This document shows positions 1 to 8,253 of a stretch of 64,000 nt of DNA, piece after piece (positions within the stretch are counted from its first letter, which is position 1; every line of letters starts with the position of its first letter). Below the pieces are notes generated by a model. That model was given only the letters and a program-made list of their open reading frames with translations, was not told where the DNA came from and did no database searches. The DNA lies in the IMG/VR virus record IMGVR_UViG_3300028840_001168, positions 1 through 64,000 of that record. The stretch is one strand, 5' to 3'. This stretch comes from a virus (Duplodnaviria > Heunggongvirae > Uroviricota > Caudoviricetes). A program made the translations under genes and the position numbers.

Positions 1-257
1 ATGCCGCAGCCGTGGGCTTCCCACACCGGCCACTTCTGGATCTGCCGCATCGTGAACTCGTAGGAGTCCGGGTTCTTCAGGTCGATCCACCGCTGGCCGT
101 GCTTCTTGTGCGTGGCCCAGATGTCCGGAATCCCGAACTGCATCATGTTGCCGATCATCCGTTCGACGTGCCAGTTCCGGTCGTTCAAGTACCGGATGAA
201 GTCCCTCTGGATCTTCCACTCCGGCCCGTGCTTACTGCGGATCTTGATTGGCTCCAT
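1..257 (-). CDS. PD-(D/E)XK nuclease, VRR-NUC-like, N-terminal part; the gene runs off the window start
   Basis: Reverse-strand translation from the ATG at 255-257 gives MEPIKIRSKHGPEWKIQRDFIRYLNDRNWHVERMIGNMMQFGIPDIWATHKKHGQRWIDLKNP. It has a PD..(D/E)xK-like GIPD...IDLK motif and is open to position 1. It is not in the ORF track because it is truncated. Confidence 0.5.
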   Translation of the reverse strand, partial: MEPIKIRSKHGPEWKIQRDFIRYLNDRNWHVERMIGNMMQFGIPDIWATHKKHGQRWIDLKNPDSYEFTMRQIQKWPVWEAHGCG

Positions 258-261
258 ATTA

Positions 262-292
262 CAAGTATACCTTACGAATGGACCTCTGTCAA
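262..292 (-). promoter_or_regulatory. sigma70-like promoter P1: TTGACA, 17-nt spacer, TATACT (extended GGTATACTTG)
   Basis: The minus strand reads CTTGACAGAGGTCCATTCGTAAGGTATACTTGTAATATG. The -35 is consensus and the -10 matches 5 of 6. The ATG of the downstream nuclease gene lies 6 nt after the -10, so the transcript would be leaderless. Confidence 0.55.
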
Positions 293-976
293 GTCGCCAA
301 ACACAGAAGGTAGAAGATTTCTGAACTCGTGGAAGATCCCCTGGAAGATGCCTCGGATCTCCCACTGGGCCGCCGGGTTCAGCGCCCGCTCCCGGATGAC
401 GTGCCGCCACATCCTAAGGTTCATGGTGGTAACGACTTCGGTCTTGGTGGCGTTGGGCAGTAAGTACCTGGCGTCCTCGGGCTTGGAGGTCTCCGAGGCG
501 TGGTGATACCCCTCGATGGCCGCCTCCAGAGCGACGAGCCAGTCCTGACGCCGTAGCTCCTCCACCGGCAGCGGGACACCCGTGGCCGGGTAGTGAAGCC
601 ACTGGGTCGGGCTCTGTGGATTCCTGCCGTAGACCCCAGGGCTCAAGAAACTTGGTGGCACGATGAACTCGAAGCCCCTCCGGCGGTAGTTGACATACCG
701 CTGGGACTCCTGGCTGTAGGCCGCCAGGCGGTGCCGCACCAACTGATGCGAGCAGGCCCGGCTACAGGTGATCCGGACGCTGATCGACTCGTGCTCCAGT
801 ACAGACTCGTGGTTCCGCCGGCAGATCATCCGCACGAACTTCTCGGCCGATTCATCGGTGATGCAGTCCTCGCTCTTGTAGCAGGTCCTGCCGGCCCGCT
901 CCAGAGCCTTAGGGGCATCCCTAATGGTCTTGAGGTACGTCAGGATCTCATGGTCTGGCTGGACGATATTGATCAT
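272..976 (-). CDS. thyX: flavin-dependent thymidylate synthase ThyX
   Basis: The ThyX signature RHRLAAYSQES (RHR-x7-S) is present, and the length of about 234 aa fits. Start is taken at MINIVQ, where its ATG overlaps the upstream stop as ATGA. Confidence 0.85.
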   Translation of the reverse strand: MINIVQPDHEILTYLKTIRDAPKALERAGRTCYKSEDCITDESAEKFVRMICRRNHESVLEHESISVRITCSRACSHQLVRHRLAAYSQESQRYVNYRRRGFEFIVPPSFLSPGVYGRNPQSPTQWLHYPATGVPLPVEELRRQDWLVALEAAIEGYHHASETSKPEDARYLLPNATKTEVVTTMNLRMWRHVIRERALNPAAQWEIRGIFQGIFHEFRNLLPSVFGDLTEVHS

Positions 977-1143
977 CGGCTCTCCCACCTGGCTACGAAG
1001 TCGGCGACGATCGCCCGCAAGTGATCGTACTCTTTGAGATAGTCCATGACCTCCATGAACCCTTCCGCCGTCTCCGGCAGTCCTTCGACGTTGGCCATCT
1101 CGGCCTCCGAGTTGATGAATCGGATCGCTTCGTCAAGTGTCAT
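973..1143 (-). CDS. hypothetical small protein (56 aa)
   Basis: ORF MTLDEAIRFINSEAEMANVEGLPETAEGFMEVMDYLKEYDHLRAIVADFVARWESR, below the ORF-track cutoff. A GGAGG SD sits 9 nt upstream. It overlaps its neighbours by ATGA at both ends. Confidence 0.45.
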   Translation of the reverse strand: MTLDEAIRFINSEAEMANVEGLPETAEGFMEVMDYLKEYDHLRAIVADFVARWESR

Positions 1144-1466
1144 TGTCCGCTACCTCCCTCGGCTTCTGATACGAACGGGTTGAGGACGGTCTCCGGACCG
1201 CCTGTGTAGTACGATGACGACGACCAGGTCCTGGCCGGTTGCCGCCGGTTGCCGCCGGTTGCCGCCGGTTGCCGCCTGGTCCAGCTCGACCAGTCCAGGC
1301 CCCAGGAACAGCTACCGGTGTTGCACCGAGGCGTACCCCGGAACCCAGCGTTCCAGCGGTCCCGCATGGTGATCAGCGAGGCCCGCTGACTGGGCGTCAG
1401 GTTGTCGAGGTCCCAGGCCGCAGAGGCCGGGGCTGCGAGTAGCAGCAGGATGATCAGGGTTCTCAT
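1140..1466 (-). CDS. secreted small protein with an internal tandem repeat
   Basis: N-terminal signal peptide MRTLIILLLLAAPASAAWD. The central RRQPAATGGNRRQPA segment is encoded by a 10-nt tandem DNA repeat. Confidence 0.5.
   Translation of the reverse strand: MRTLIILLLLAAPASAAWDLDNLTPSQRASLITMRDRWNAGFRGTPRCNTGSCSWGLDWSSWTRRQPAATGGNRRQPARTWSSSSYYTGGPETVLNPFVSEAEGGSGQ
1233..1276. repeat. 10-nt tandem repeat (GCCGCCGGTT, about 4.4 copies) inside the secreted-protein gene
   Basis: Directly visible as ggccggtt (gccgccggtt)x3 gccgcc. The unit length is not a multiple of 3. Confidence 0.9.
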
Positions 1467-1732
1467 GACTTCTCCTCAGGCACGATCTCACCATCCTCGA
1501 CAGCGCTGCCATCGTAGGCCGGCTTGACCAGGCGATCGGCTTCCAGGCTCTCGAAGGTGCTCACCTTCCGGGCCTCCATCTCGGCCAGGTCATTCTCCAG
1601 GGCCTCAATGGCGGACTTGGCGTTCTGCAACTTCAGGCGGAACGCCTGAAGAGCCTCACCAGTGAGGTCACTCGAACGTACGAGCGAGTCCACCGTCTGG
1701 CCTACGTCTTCGATCTTTGATACTTCAGCCAT
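1463..1732 (-). CDS. hypothetical coiled-coil protein (89 aa)
   Basis: ORF-track ORF with helical, charged composition (LQNAKSAIEALENDLAEMEARK). ATGA overlap with the downstream gene. Confidence 0.5.
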   Translation of the reverse strand: MAEVSKIEDVGQTVDSLVRSSDLTGEALQAFRLKLQNAKSAIEALENDLAEMEARKVSTFESLEADRLVKPAYDGSAVEDGEIVPEEKS

Positions 1733-1760
1733 CGTTCTTCTCCAGGGTTAAGGGTTAAAG

Positions 1761-1833
1761 CTGTGCGGGCAGGACTCGAACCTGCGACAAGGCGGTTAAC
1801 AGCCGCCGGCTCTACCAACTGAGCTACCGCACA
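1761..1833 (-). tRNA. tRNA-Asn (anticodon GTT)
   Basis: The reverse complement folds as a cloverleaf. Acceptor TGTGCGG/CCGCACA is 7 bp. The D-arm is GCTCAGTTGGTAGAGC. The anticodon stem GGCGG/CCGCC carries the loop CTGTTAA. The T-arm is GCAGGTTCGAGTCCTGC. Confidence 0.85.
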
Positions 1834-1834
1834 A

Positions 1835-1933
1835 GACTGGGAGCGGGACTCGCACCCGCATTTCCGGCCGTGGTCCCTGCCATGCCGGGGCTTTTCTATC
1901 GTCTCCGTTCCATGACGCTTAGCCGATCCCAGT
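1835..1933 (-). ncRNA. tRNA-like element of about 99 nt, 1 nt upstream of tRNA-Asn (degenerate or expanded tRNA)
   Basis: It has an 8-bp acceptor-like pairing GACTGGGA/TCCCAGTC and a T-arm-like hairpin GCGGG-TGCGAGT-CCCGC. A D-stem GGCT/AGCC and an anticodon-type stem CCGGC/GCCGG are present, but their loops are oversized at about 28 and 15 nt. No canonical anticodon loop could be assigned. Confidence 0.3.
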
Positions 1934-1992
1934 CGGTGTCCCCCAACGAGCGCCTGGGGCCTTCTCCCCTCTAGCGATCTCGCGGGTGTTCA

Positions 1993-2172
1993 TCACTGAA
2001 CCTTCTTCGGGACCTCGATCCCTTCCACCAAGGCCAAGTTGTTGATCATCTGTTCCCGGGTGGCATCGGGAGCCAGGTGATAGATCCCTGCTACGTGTAG
2101 CAAGGCTTGGAGTTGACTGTTAAGGAGAGTGGCAAGCCACTTACGACGCTGAGACTCATTCATCATCGTCAT
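1993..2172 (-). CDS. hypothetical small protein (59 aa)
   Basis: MTMMNESQRRKWLATLLNSQLQALLHVAGIYHLAPDATREQMINNLALVEGIEVPKKVQ. Its start overlaps the polymerase stop. The longer track ORF 1993-2235 probably over-extends it. Confidence 0.4.
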   Translation of the reverse strand: MTMMNESQRRKWLATLLNSQLQALLHVAGIYHLAPDATREQMINNLALVEGIEVPKKVQ

Positions 2173-4678
2173 CCCTTTCTGCCCATTCGTCAATGGACTC
2201 ACCGGGGTCGGGCAGATCAACCTCCGGACCGTCATCAGCCAAGTCTACGTCGACCGGCTTAATGTAGACCCAACGCGGGTCACCTTTCTCAAGGCTAGTA
2301 CCCCAGTTTGGCTTGAACTTTTCCCAGTCCAGGGCCAGTAGTGGAACCCGGTCTCGATATCTCTCGACCACCTCCACCGCTGTCTCTGCCAGGGCGTCCG
2401 CCAACTCGGGCTTAGCCACGCACATAACTTCGTCGTGAATGTTCATTGGGGCCACATGCCACTCCCCAACGCCGTACGGCTGGTGACCCCACAGCCCCAC
2501 TTGCAGGGCCTTGGTGATCATAGCCCCAGGGCTCTGGATCAGGTGGTTGTTGGCCGCTCGGGTGTTTGCTGCCTGCAACTGGAAGGCCGCCCCGTAGATG
2601 GCGCTGGAGGTCGCCCCGGCCAGCGTTTGCTGCCGGTCGCGGCGGTTGCACGTCTTCTGAACCATCTCTCCGGTCTTCTCGTCGTAGTCGCCCTTGTGCC
2701 ATGCGCGTGGGACGTTGTGCGCGAGATCGTACAATTCCTTGCAGATCAGGTTCTCAAGTGTGAAATATCGTCGAAAACCGAGAAAAGTTTCACAGTAGTC
2801 ATCAGGATTGTGCCACTCGATGGCGGTCCCGATGCCGCCCTCTTGCCGCATAGCGCTGAACCGCTTCGTGTTCTCTTCCCGGGCTTCCCGCACCCTTGGG
2901 TACCGGGCCTGGAACCGGTCGAAGGCCGCCTCTGCCACCTTCATCTTGATGGCTAGCTTCTTGTTGATCGTGTTCTCGTCGCCGCCGTACATCATGGCGA
3001 ACACGGCCTGCTTGCCGTTCTTGTACATGTCCACCAGGCCGCCGTCCGCGTGATCCTTACTGGCTGCGATCTCCTCAAACGTCTTCTCCGGGTAGATGCC
3101 CTGGGCCATGACGGTGTGGACCGACAGCCCAGCGAGCAAGTCCTGACGCATCTGCGGGTCCTGGAACACGGCGTCGGCGATCGTCACCTCGAACGAATCG
3201 AAGTCACCGCCGCACAGAATCATACCATCCCACGCCAATGGGAACGCCTTCCGCACACCTGCTGACTTCTTGATACCTTGAGCGTTGAGGTCATCACCGC
3301 CGGCCATACGGGAAGACAACGTGCCAATCACCTTGAAGCTGGCGTGGAGCCGCCCGGCTTGTAGAAGCTTGGCATGCTGGTCCCGCTCCTTAGCGGCGGC
3401 CTTGATCTCCAGCACTTCCTTCGCCCGTACTGAGCACGGCATAGGACCGGGTCCGATCTCACCCTTACCACCGCACCGGACACACCCCTCGCCGAAGCAG
3501 GAGATGCAGGGCTCAGGCTCTTCATCGGCAGGGATAACGAACCGATCCTTGATCTTCTCCAGGTTGGCCTTCTTGGTCGACTTGTCCAAGATCAAACCCT
3601 CGGTCGGGTCCATGACTTCCTTGATGTAGTCACGTACCTCTACCGGCCGGTTGATGTTTATCGGGGATGCCTCAAGCATCTCGCAGGATTTTCGCAGTAG
3701 CTCGGCAGTCTTTTCACTGTCGATCTCAAAACCGTGCCATCGGACTGCGGCGACCATACATGCCAGCACGGAGTCGTCGTCATCTGCTGCGGGGTATTCA
3801 AAGTATTCGTCGAGCATTCGGGTGTACACGACGTCGTCTCGACCGTAACGTCTTGCTTCTTCATTCGTTCTCCAGTGCTCAATATCGTGGTGGATCAACC
3901 GGGGCCAGGCGTATCCCTTCAGCTTGCCGTTCTTGTCCCGGACCTTCCAGGTCTCTGAGTCGCCGCACGCCAGCGCGAACGGTGCGTATTTCAACTCGGC
4001 CAGGGGCTTGTCCCGGACCGGGTAAACCTCTTTGAATGAATGGAACTCGGGGTCCAGCCCCAGGCAGTGCTTGGCCAGGGACTTGAGGCCGCGATCAGGG
4101 CGGAACCGTAACACGACGTCATCGAACTCGGTCGAGACGACGCCCTTGCTGTTCTTCCGCTCGGCCACGGCCCAGTAAGCGTTGAGGATCGGGTCCAGTT
4201 CGATGCGGATCTCCAGCTCGTCTTTGAGTTGCTGGGCCAGATCCTTGGGCACCTTCCGGATGCGAATGTCGTGCCGGCTCATGAGGGCCTGGTGCTGACC
4301 CTTCCGACTGTGGAGCATCAGGTCCATCGCACCACGGGGCTTCAGGCACGGGCCGTCCCGCCCCTCCATCTCGGCCTTGGCGACCTCCAGCATGGGGTAG
4401 TCGACCGGCCGCTTCTCTGGGTCCAGCAGGCGGAACGTGGTGTACAGCTTGCACAGGTGGAAGTGGTCGAACGCCAAGTTGAAGCCGACGAACGTCTTGT
4501 CCATCACCCGCTCGATCAGATCCAGGGTCTCCCGGATCGGCCGGTCCCACACTTCGTACAGGTGGACCTCGCCGTCGTCCCAGGCGTACTGGAGCAGCGT
4601 GGCCATGCCCGCGAAGCCGCAGGTCTCGGAGTCGAGATAGACGCAGTCAGTTCTCAAGGCTGATCTCCTCAGTCTCAA
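2156..4678 (-). CDS. family A DNA polymerase with a 3'-5' exonuclease domain
   Basis: Exo I YLDSET lies near the N-terminus. Motif A is like LCGGDFDSFEVTIA, motif B like KQAVFAMMYGG and motif C is HDEV. The apparent start codon is TTG. Confidence 0.85.
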   Translation of the reverse strand: MRLRRSALRTDCVYLDSETCGFAGMATLLQYAWDDGEVHLYEVWDRPIRETLDLIERVMDKTFVGFNLAFDHFHLCKLYTTFRLLDPEKRPVDYPMLEVAKAEMEGRDGPCLKPRGAMDLMLHSRKGQHQALMSRHDIRIRKVPKDLAQQLKDELEIRIELDPILNAYWAVAERKNSKGVVSTEFDDVVLRFRPDRGLKSLAKHCLGLDPEFHSFKEVYPVRDKPLAELKYAPFALACGDSETWKVRDKNGKLKGYAWPRLIHHDIEHWRTNEEARRYGRDDVVYTRMLDEYFEYPAADDDDSVLACMVAAVRWHGFEIDSEKTAELLRKSCEMLEASPININRPVEVRDYIKEVMDPTEGLILDKSTKKANLEKIKDRFVIPADEEPEPCISCFGEGCVRCGGKGEIGPGPMPCSVRAKEVLEIKAAAKERDQHAKLLQAGRLHASFKVIGTLSSRMAGGDDLNAQGIKKSAGVRKAFPLAWDGMILCGGDFDSFEVTIADAVFQDPQMRQDLLAGLSVHTVMAQGIYPEKTFEEIAASKDHADGGLVDMYKNGKQAVFAMMYGGDENTINKKLAIKMKVAEAAFDRFQARYPRVREAREENTKRFSAMRQEGGIGTAIEWHNPDDYCETFLGFRRYFTLENLICKELYDLAHNVPRAWHKGDYDEKTGEMVQKTCNRRDRQQTLAGATSSAIYGAAFQLQAANTRAANNHLIQSPGAMITKALQVGLWGHQPYGVGEWHVAPMNIHDEVMCVAKPELADALAETAVEVVERYRDRVPLLALDWEKFKPNWGTSLEKGDPRWVYIKPVDVDLADDGPEVDLPDPGESIDEWAERDDDDE

Positions 4679-4814
4679 GCCCCACTATCTGGAGCAGTTT
4701 GAAGGCTGACCGACGACTCTCGGCCCAGGCCCTCAGATCGAAGTCCGGGGCGACATGGAACAGTAAGTGCCGGAGGCCGTCATTCAGCCGTGCGTACACC
4801 AGGATTCGTTTCAT
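4647..4814 (-). CDS. hypothetical small protein (55 aa)
   Basis: Internal start MKRILVYARLNDG..., with GGAG 6 nt upstream. The N-terminal 55 residues of track ORF 4647-4979 are low-complexity and look non-coding. Confidence 0.4.
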   Translation of the reverse strand: MKRILVYARLNDGLRHLLFHVAPDFDLRAWAESRRSAFKLLQIVGLETEEISLEN

Positions 4815-4984
4815 GTCAGCTCCAGATGTAAGTAAAGCCCCGGGTGCCCGGTACCAGGCTCCCCGGGGGTGTTGAGGACTCGCCAGGATTGTCGGGTGGT
4901 CACGCTTCGTCGGCGGGCCATCTTCGGCCGACCCAACCTCCACGCTCCACCGTCTGCCGCTCCTGTGGCTCCCCCTCAACTTTC

Positions 4985-5752
4985 CTATTCAAGTATACCA
5001 TACTCCTTTAGCTTGTCAAGCGGCAGGTCAAAGAATTTCTCAGATGGGACCTCTCCAGCGCACCAATCCATGACCTCTGTCCAGCTCGGGGTGCGGCCGT
5101 AGTCCATCAGCAGCTCCTTGGCCTCCCGGATCTCCCTGAGTCCACGGGGCTTCTTTCGCAGCCGCAGCTCCCGGGCCACGGACTTGGAACTGATCCCCTC
5201 GGCCTTCTTCTCCATGAGCATCCTGGCCATGTTCCACCGCTCGCCCGGCAGGGCCGTGGACAGGTACTGGAGGTCCAAGGCTCCCAGCAGCCCATCGTCG
5301 ACCGACTTGACAATCCTCGGGTCCATCTCCCGGATTCTCAGGCGGTCCTGCACCCACTTCTTCGACTTGCCCAGCTCCTTGGCCACTTCCTCCACGTTGG
5401 GGTTGTCGCCGAAGGACGCGATGATGCCCCGCATCTCCTGCGAGGGCAGCAGGTCCCGCCGCCCCAGGTTCTCCTGGAGGTTGACCTTTCGGGCCTCCCG
5501 ATCCGTCATGTCCTCCATCAGGATGGCCTCGATGAACTCCCATCCCAGGTACCTGGCGGCAGCGGTTCTGCGGAACCCAGCGATCAACATGAACGGCGGA
5601 GCGCACGGCTTGGGGTTCGGCATGATCGACACTGGGTTGATCAAGCCTTGAGCCTCCAGCAGCTTGGCCAGCTCCTGGATCGACTGCTGGGTGAACTCAC
5701 CACGGCAGTTGAACTCCGGGTCCACGAATATATGATCGAGTCGGGTCTTCAT
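4985..5752 (-). CDS. ParB-like N-terminal domain protein
   Basis: ParB/Srx-type motifs GLINPV...LIAGFRRTAAARYLGW. Start is taken at MKTRLDHIF, which overlaps the dUTPase stop as ATGA. Confidence 0.6.
   Translation of the reverse strand: MKTRLDHIFVDPEFNCRGEFTQQSIQELAKLLEAQGLINPVSIMPNPKPCAPPFMLIAGFRRTAAARYLGWEFIEAILMEDMTDREARKVNLQENLGRRDLLPSQEMRGIIASFGDNPNVEEVAKELGKSKKWVQDRLRIREMDPRIVKSVDDGLLGALDLQYLSTALPGERWNMARMLMEKKAEGISSKSVARELRLRKKPRGLREIREAKELLMDYGRTPSWTEVMDWCAGEVPSEKFFDLPLDKLKEYGILE
4990..5019 (-). promoter_or_regulatory. sigma70-like promoter P2: TTGACA, 16-nt spacer, TATACT (GGTATACTTG)
   Basis: The minus strand reads GCTTGACAAGCTAAAGGAGTATGGTATACTTGAATAGG. It overlaps the last codons of the ParB-like gene, about 175 nt upstream of the next gene. 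Confidence 0.5.
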
Positions 5753-6186
5753 CGACCGGTGCTCCCGAAGCCGCACGCACCGCGACCGGTCTCGGTCAGC
5801 TCGTCCACCTCGTGGACTTCTGGGTTAGCGTACCGCCGAATCACCGCCTGGGCGATCTTGTCACCGGGCTCCACTACGTACGAGAAGAGGGGGTCTGTGT
5901 TATGCAGAATCACCTTCCACTCACCTCGGTAGCCGTTGTCGATGACACCGCCCAAGGTCGTGATGCCGTTCAGGGCCAGGCCAGAGCGGTCCTTAACCTG
6001 GGCGTAGTGGCCGTACGGTAACTCGGTGGCTATGCCGATACTGAACGCAGTCCTCCCACCGGCCGGGATGACACCGCCCTCTACGGTGAACAAGTCGTAC
6101 CCAGCGTCCCCGGGGTCATCCTTACGAGGTAGCTGGGCGTCGGGGTGCAGTTTCTTGACACGCATTCCACTGAAGTCGAACATCAC
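5749..6186 (-). CDS. dut: dUTP diphosphatase (dUTPase)
   Basis: dUTPase motifs AGYDL, RSGLA, GVIDNGYRGE and a C-terminal RGxxGFGSTG. Confidence 0.85.
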   Translation of the reverse strand: MMFDFSGMRVKKLHPDAQLPRKDDPGDAGYDLFTVEGGVIPAGGRTAFSIGIATELPYGHYAQVKDRSGLALNGITTLGGVIDNGYRGEWKVILHNTDPLFSYVVEPGDKIAQAVIRRYANPEVHEVDELTETGRGACGFGSTGR

Positions 6187-6440
6187 TTGACCCCCTCTAG
6201 GTAAGATTCCGCACGAAGCAGGAGCATCGGAGACGCAAGCCCGCGTGACTTTGCAAAGGCTACGAGCCTCTTGTGGTCTTCATGAACAAGCTTGAGAGCC
6301 CGGTCAGTCTTCCACGTAGCAAATTCACATTCCTTCTTTAGACGGCGGGCCTCGCTAAAGTCTGCCCCACCTTTCACTACAAGGCAAATCGCCAAGAAGA
6401 TAGCTGCCCCGTGACAGATGATCGCGTTCTTAGTCTCCAC
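6183..6440 (-). CDS. hypothetical protein with a hydrophobic N-terminus (85 aa)
   Basis: ORF-track ORF. AIICHGAAIFLAICLVV is a predicted TM segment. Confidence 0.45.
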   Translation of the reverse strand: METKNAIICHGAAIFLAICLVVKGGADFSEARRLKKECEFATWKTDRALKLVHEDHKRLVAFAKSRGLASPMLLLRAESYLEGVK

Positions 6441-8076
6441 AACTGCCTCCCTTGGTTATGCTGCACACGTCAGCAGTTTCTTCGACAAGCTCCATCCCAG
6501 TATGCTCCATCGCTTCCTTGTAAGTCACAGGTTCCAGCGGCTGCCCACTGCGGGCCCCGTCCGGGTAGACTGTGATTCCTCGAAGGTTCGGTAGATACTT
6601 CATGAGCATGTCGCCGAACGACCGGACAGTGCCGGAGTTGTTCAGCTCGCTGCCCCAGTGCGGCAGGTTGATGGTCGACGAGATCCCATGATCCACGGCC
6701 TGCTGAATCCAGGCTTGGAAGTTCACACGCCTCTCGACGTCGCGGGCCAGGTCATAGGCGTCCTCGATGGCGTCCGGGTGGATGCCGCTCTTGATCAGAC
6801 GCTGGGCTGTCGGGTCGATCACGTACTGGTAGTGCCAGCTCTGGTGCTTCAGGTACCGACGCTTGTAGGCGGCACACAGGATCGGCTCGATACCGCTGGT
6901 GGTCTCGGCGACGATCGAGATGGTTCCGGTCGGGGCGATCGCCCTAGTCTTCTTCGGCCGGCTGATCTCCAAGTCGTCGGCCCACTCCCTGGCGATCTTG
7001 GTCGACTTCTTGTACACTTCCAGCCACTGCCACAGTTCGTGGTCAGGGGCGTATGGCTTCTTGCGTTTCAAGAGCCACTCGTGTACACCCATCAGTCCGA
7101 GTCCGAGTCTCCGGTTCTTCGTCCTGACTCGGTCGACATCACGATAAGGCACATCGCTATACATAGTGCCAGCAAGCAGAAAGACAGTTCCGAGTTCGAC
7201 GATTTCTTCAAACTCTTCGATCGTCTCGACCCGGGCAAGATTGATCGAACCCAGGTTGCAAATGTCGTCAGGGGTCGCAGAAGTGACTTCAGTACACGCA
7301 TTGCGATAAATCTCCGCTTCATTCTTGCCCGTGTTGACCGAGAAGCCGGGCTCCCCGGTGGACAGCATGTGGCGTACGGTCTCCCAGTAGATGGTCTGAG
7401 CAAGCGCGTGCTTCGCGTGCTCCGGGTCGTGGTAGGCCGTGAAGAACTCGTCGTCCAGGCCCACTGAGATGTTCGTGCAGTCGAGGGTCGCCGGGAAGTT
7501 GAAGTCCTTCTTCTTCAGCTCTTTGACCTCGTCCGACCAATCCTTCAGGTGGACGAACTTGAGGCAGTCAGGATGCGACCACCGCAGCCCGGCCCAGATG
7601 GCCGACCGCCGGCTGCCGCCCTGCATGATACCACGGCCGCACTCGTTGAGCATCTGCATCAGAGCCAGGGGACCGGTCGCCTTACCGCCCGTGCGGCGGA
7701 TGATCGCTCCCTCGGGCCTGATATCGCTGTACTCGACACCTATCCCGGCCCCAGTCATCAGGGCCATGCTCGCTTTGTGCAGCAGGTCCGACCACCCCTC
7801 ACGGGAGTCGTCGACACCAAGCATCAGGCAGTTCTGCACCTGGTGGTAGTCACGCCCGGCCGCGTACAGGTAGCGACCGCCTGGCATGAACTTCCGCTCG
7901 GTGATGGCCTTGCACAGATCCTGCGAAAGCTTGTCCCGCATCGTGTACCCGATCGGCCGCAGCACGTTCTTGGTCACACGGTACGCGATGTTCTCCCACG
8001 TCTCCTTACCATCGGCCAGGTCATGAGCATACTTCTGCTCTGTGATAGTCCTGGCGAACTCACTCATGTCAGTCAT
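6430..8076 (-). CDS. nrdJ: ribonucleotide reductase catalytic subunit, probably class II (cobalamin-dependent, NrdJ-like)
   Basis: Thiyl-radical loop NxCxE (YRNACTEV) and a C-terminal redox Cys pair (GGSCGD). The protein is 548 aa and no beta-subunit gene is present in the window, which suggests class II. Confidence 0.7.
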   Translation of the reverse strand: MTDMSEFARTITEQKYAHDLADGKETWENIAYRVTKNVLRPIGYTMRDKLSQDLCKAITERKFMPGGRYLYAAGRDYHQVQNCLMLGVDDSREGWSDLLHKASMALMTGAGIGVEYSDIRPEGAIIRRTGGKATGPLALMQMLNECGRGIMQGGSRRSAIWAGLRWSHPDCLKFVHLKDWSDEVKELKKKDFNFPATLDCTNISVGLDDEFFTAYHDPEHAKHALAQTIYWETVRHMLSTGEPGFSVNTGKNEAEIYRNACTEVTSATPDDICNLGSINLARVETIEEFEEIVELGTVFLLAGTMYSDVPYRDVDRVRTKNRRLGLGLMGVHEWLLKRKKPYAPDHELWQWLEVYKKSTKIAREWADDLEISRPKKTRAIAPTGTISIVAETTSGIEPILCAAYKRRYLKHQSWHYQYVIDPTAQRLIKSGIHPDAIEDAYDLARDVERRVNFQAWIQQAVDHGISSTINLPHWGSELNNSGTVRSFGDMLMKYLPNLRGITVYPDGARSGQPLEPVTYKEAMEHTGMELVEETADVCSITKGGSCGD

Positions 8077-8142
8077 CGAAGATCCCCGCGACTTTGAATA
8101 CTACCACCATGACTCCAAGCATCATGGCTGTGAATACAAGAT

Positions 8143-8253
8143 TCATTTGTTACAACTCCAGTCGTTGTAAAGCGCCAAGCCGGCGACCGTCACTACGACG
8201 ATCGCCAGCCAGGCTACAGTGTAAATAACATCGTAAGGAAATGGGATGTTCAT
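8143..8253 (-). CDS. small membrane protein (36 aa)
   Basis: MNIPFPYDVIYTVAWLAIVVVTVAGLALYNDWSCNK. ATGA overlap with the upstream PEP-CTERM gene. Confidence 0.4.
   Translation of the reverse strand: MNIPFPYDVIYTVAWLAIVVVTVAGLALYNDWSCNK

Noticed and set aside
12-1209. Plus-strand ORFs 12-506, 593-1024 and 1021-1209
   Set aside because: They are antisense to thyX, the nuclease gene and the small minus-strand genes, with low-complexity translations. The minus-strand genes have motif support.
1835-1933. Selenocysteine tRNA interpretation of the tRNA-like element
   Set aside because: The 8-bp acceptor stem and extra length fit tRNA-Sec, but there is no 6-bp D-stem with a 4-nt loop and no UCA anticodon in a 7-nt loop. 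No selenoprotein machinery is evident.
2156-4678. Z-genome (PurZ/DpoZ) or T7-like RNA-polymerase-driven phage
   Set aside because: A family A polymerase and a dATP/dGTP pyrophosphohydrolase-family protein are present, but no PurZ or DatZ homologue and no single-subunit RNAP appear in the window. The promoters look sigma70-like and transcription is bidirectional.
8069-8146. 25-aa hydrophobic micro-ORF (MNLVFTAMMLGVMVVVFKVAGIFDD) between the RNR gene and 8143-8253
   Set aside because: Too short to call without conservation or expression data. It overlaps the RNR start by 8 nt.
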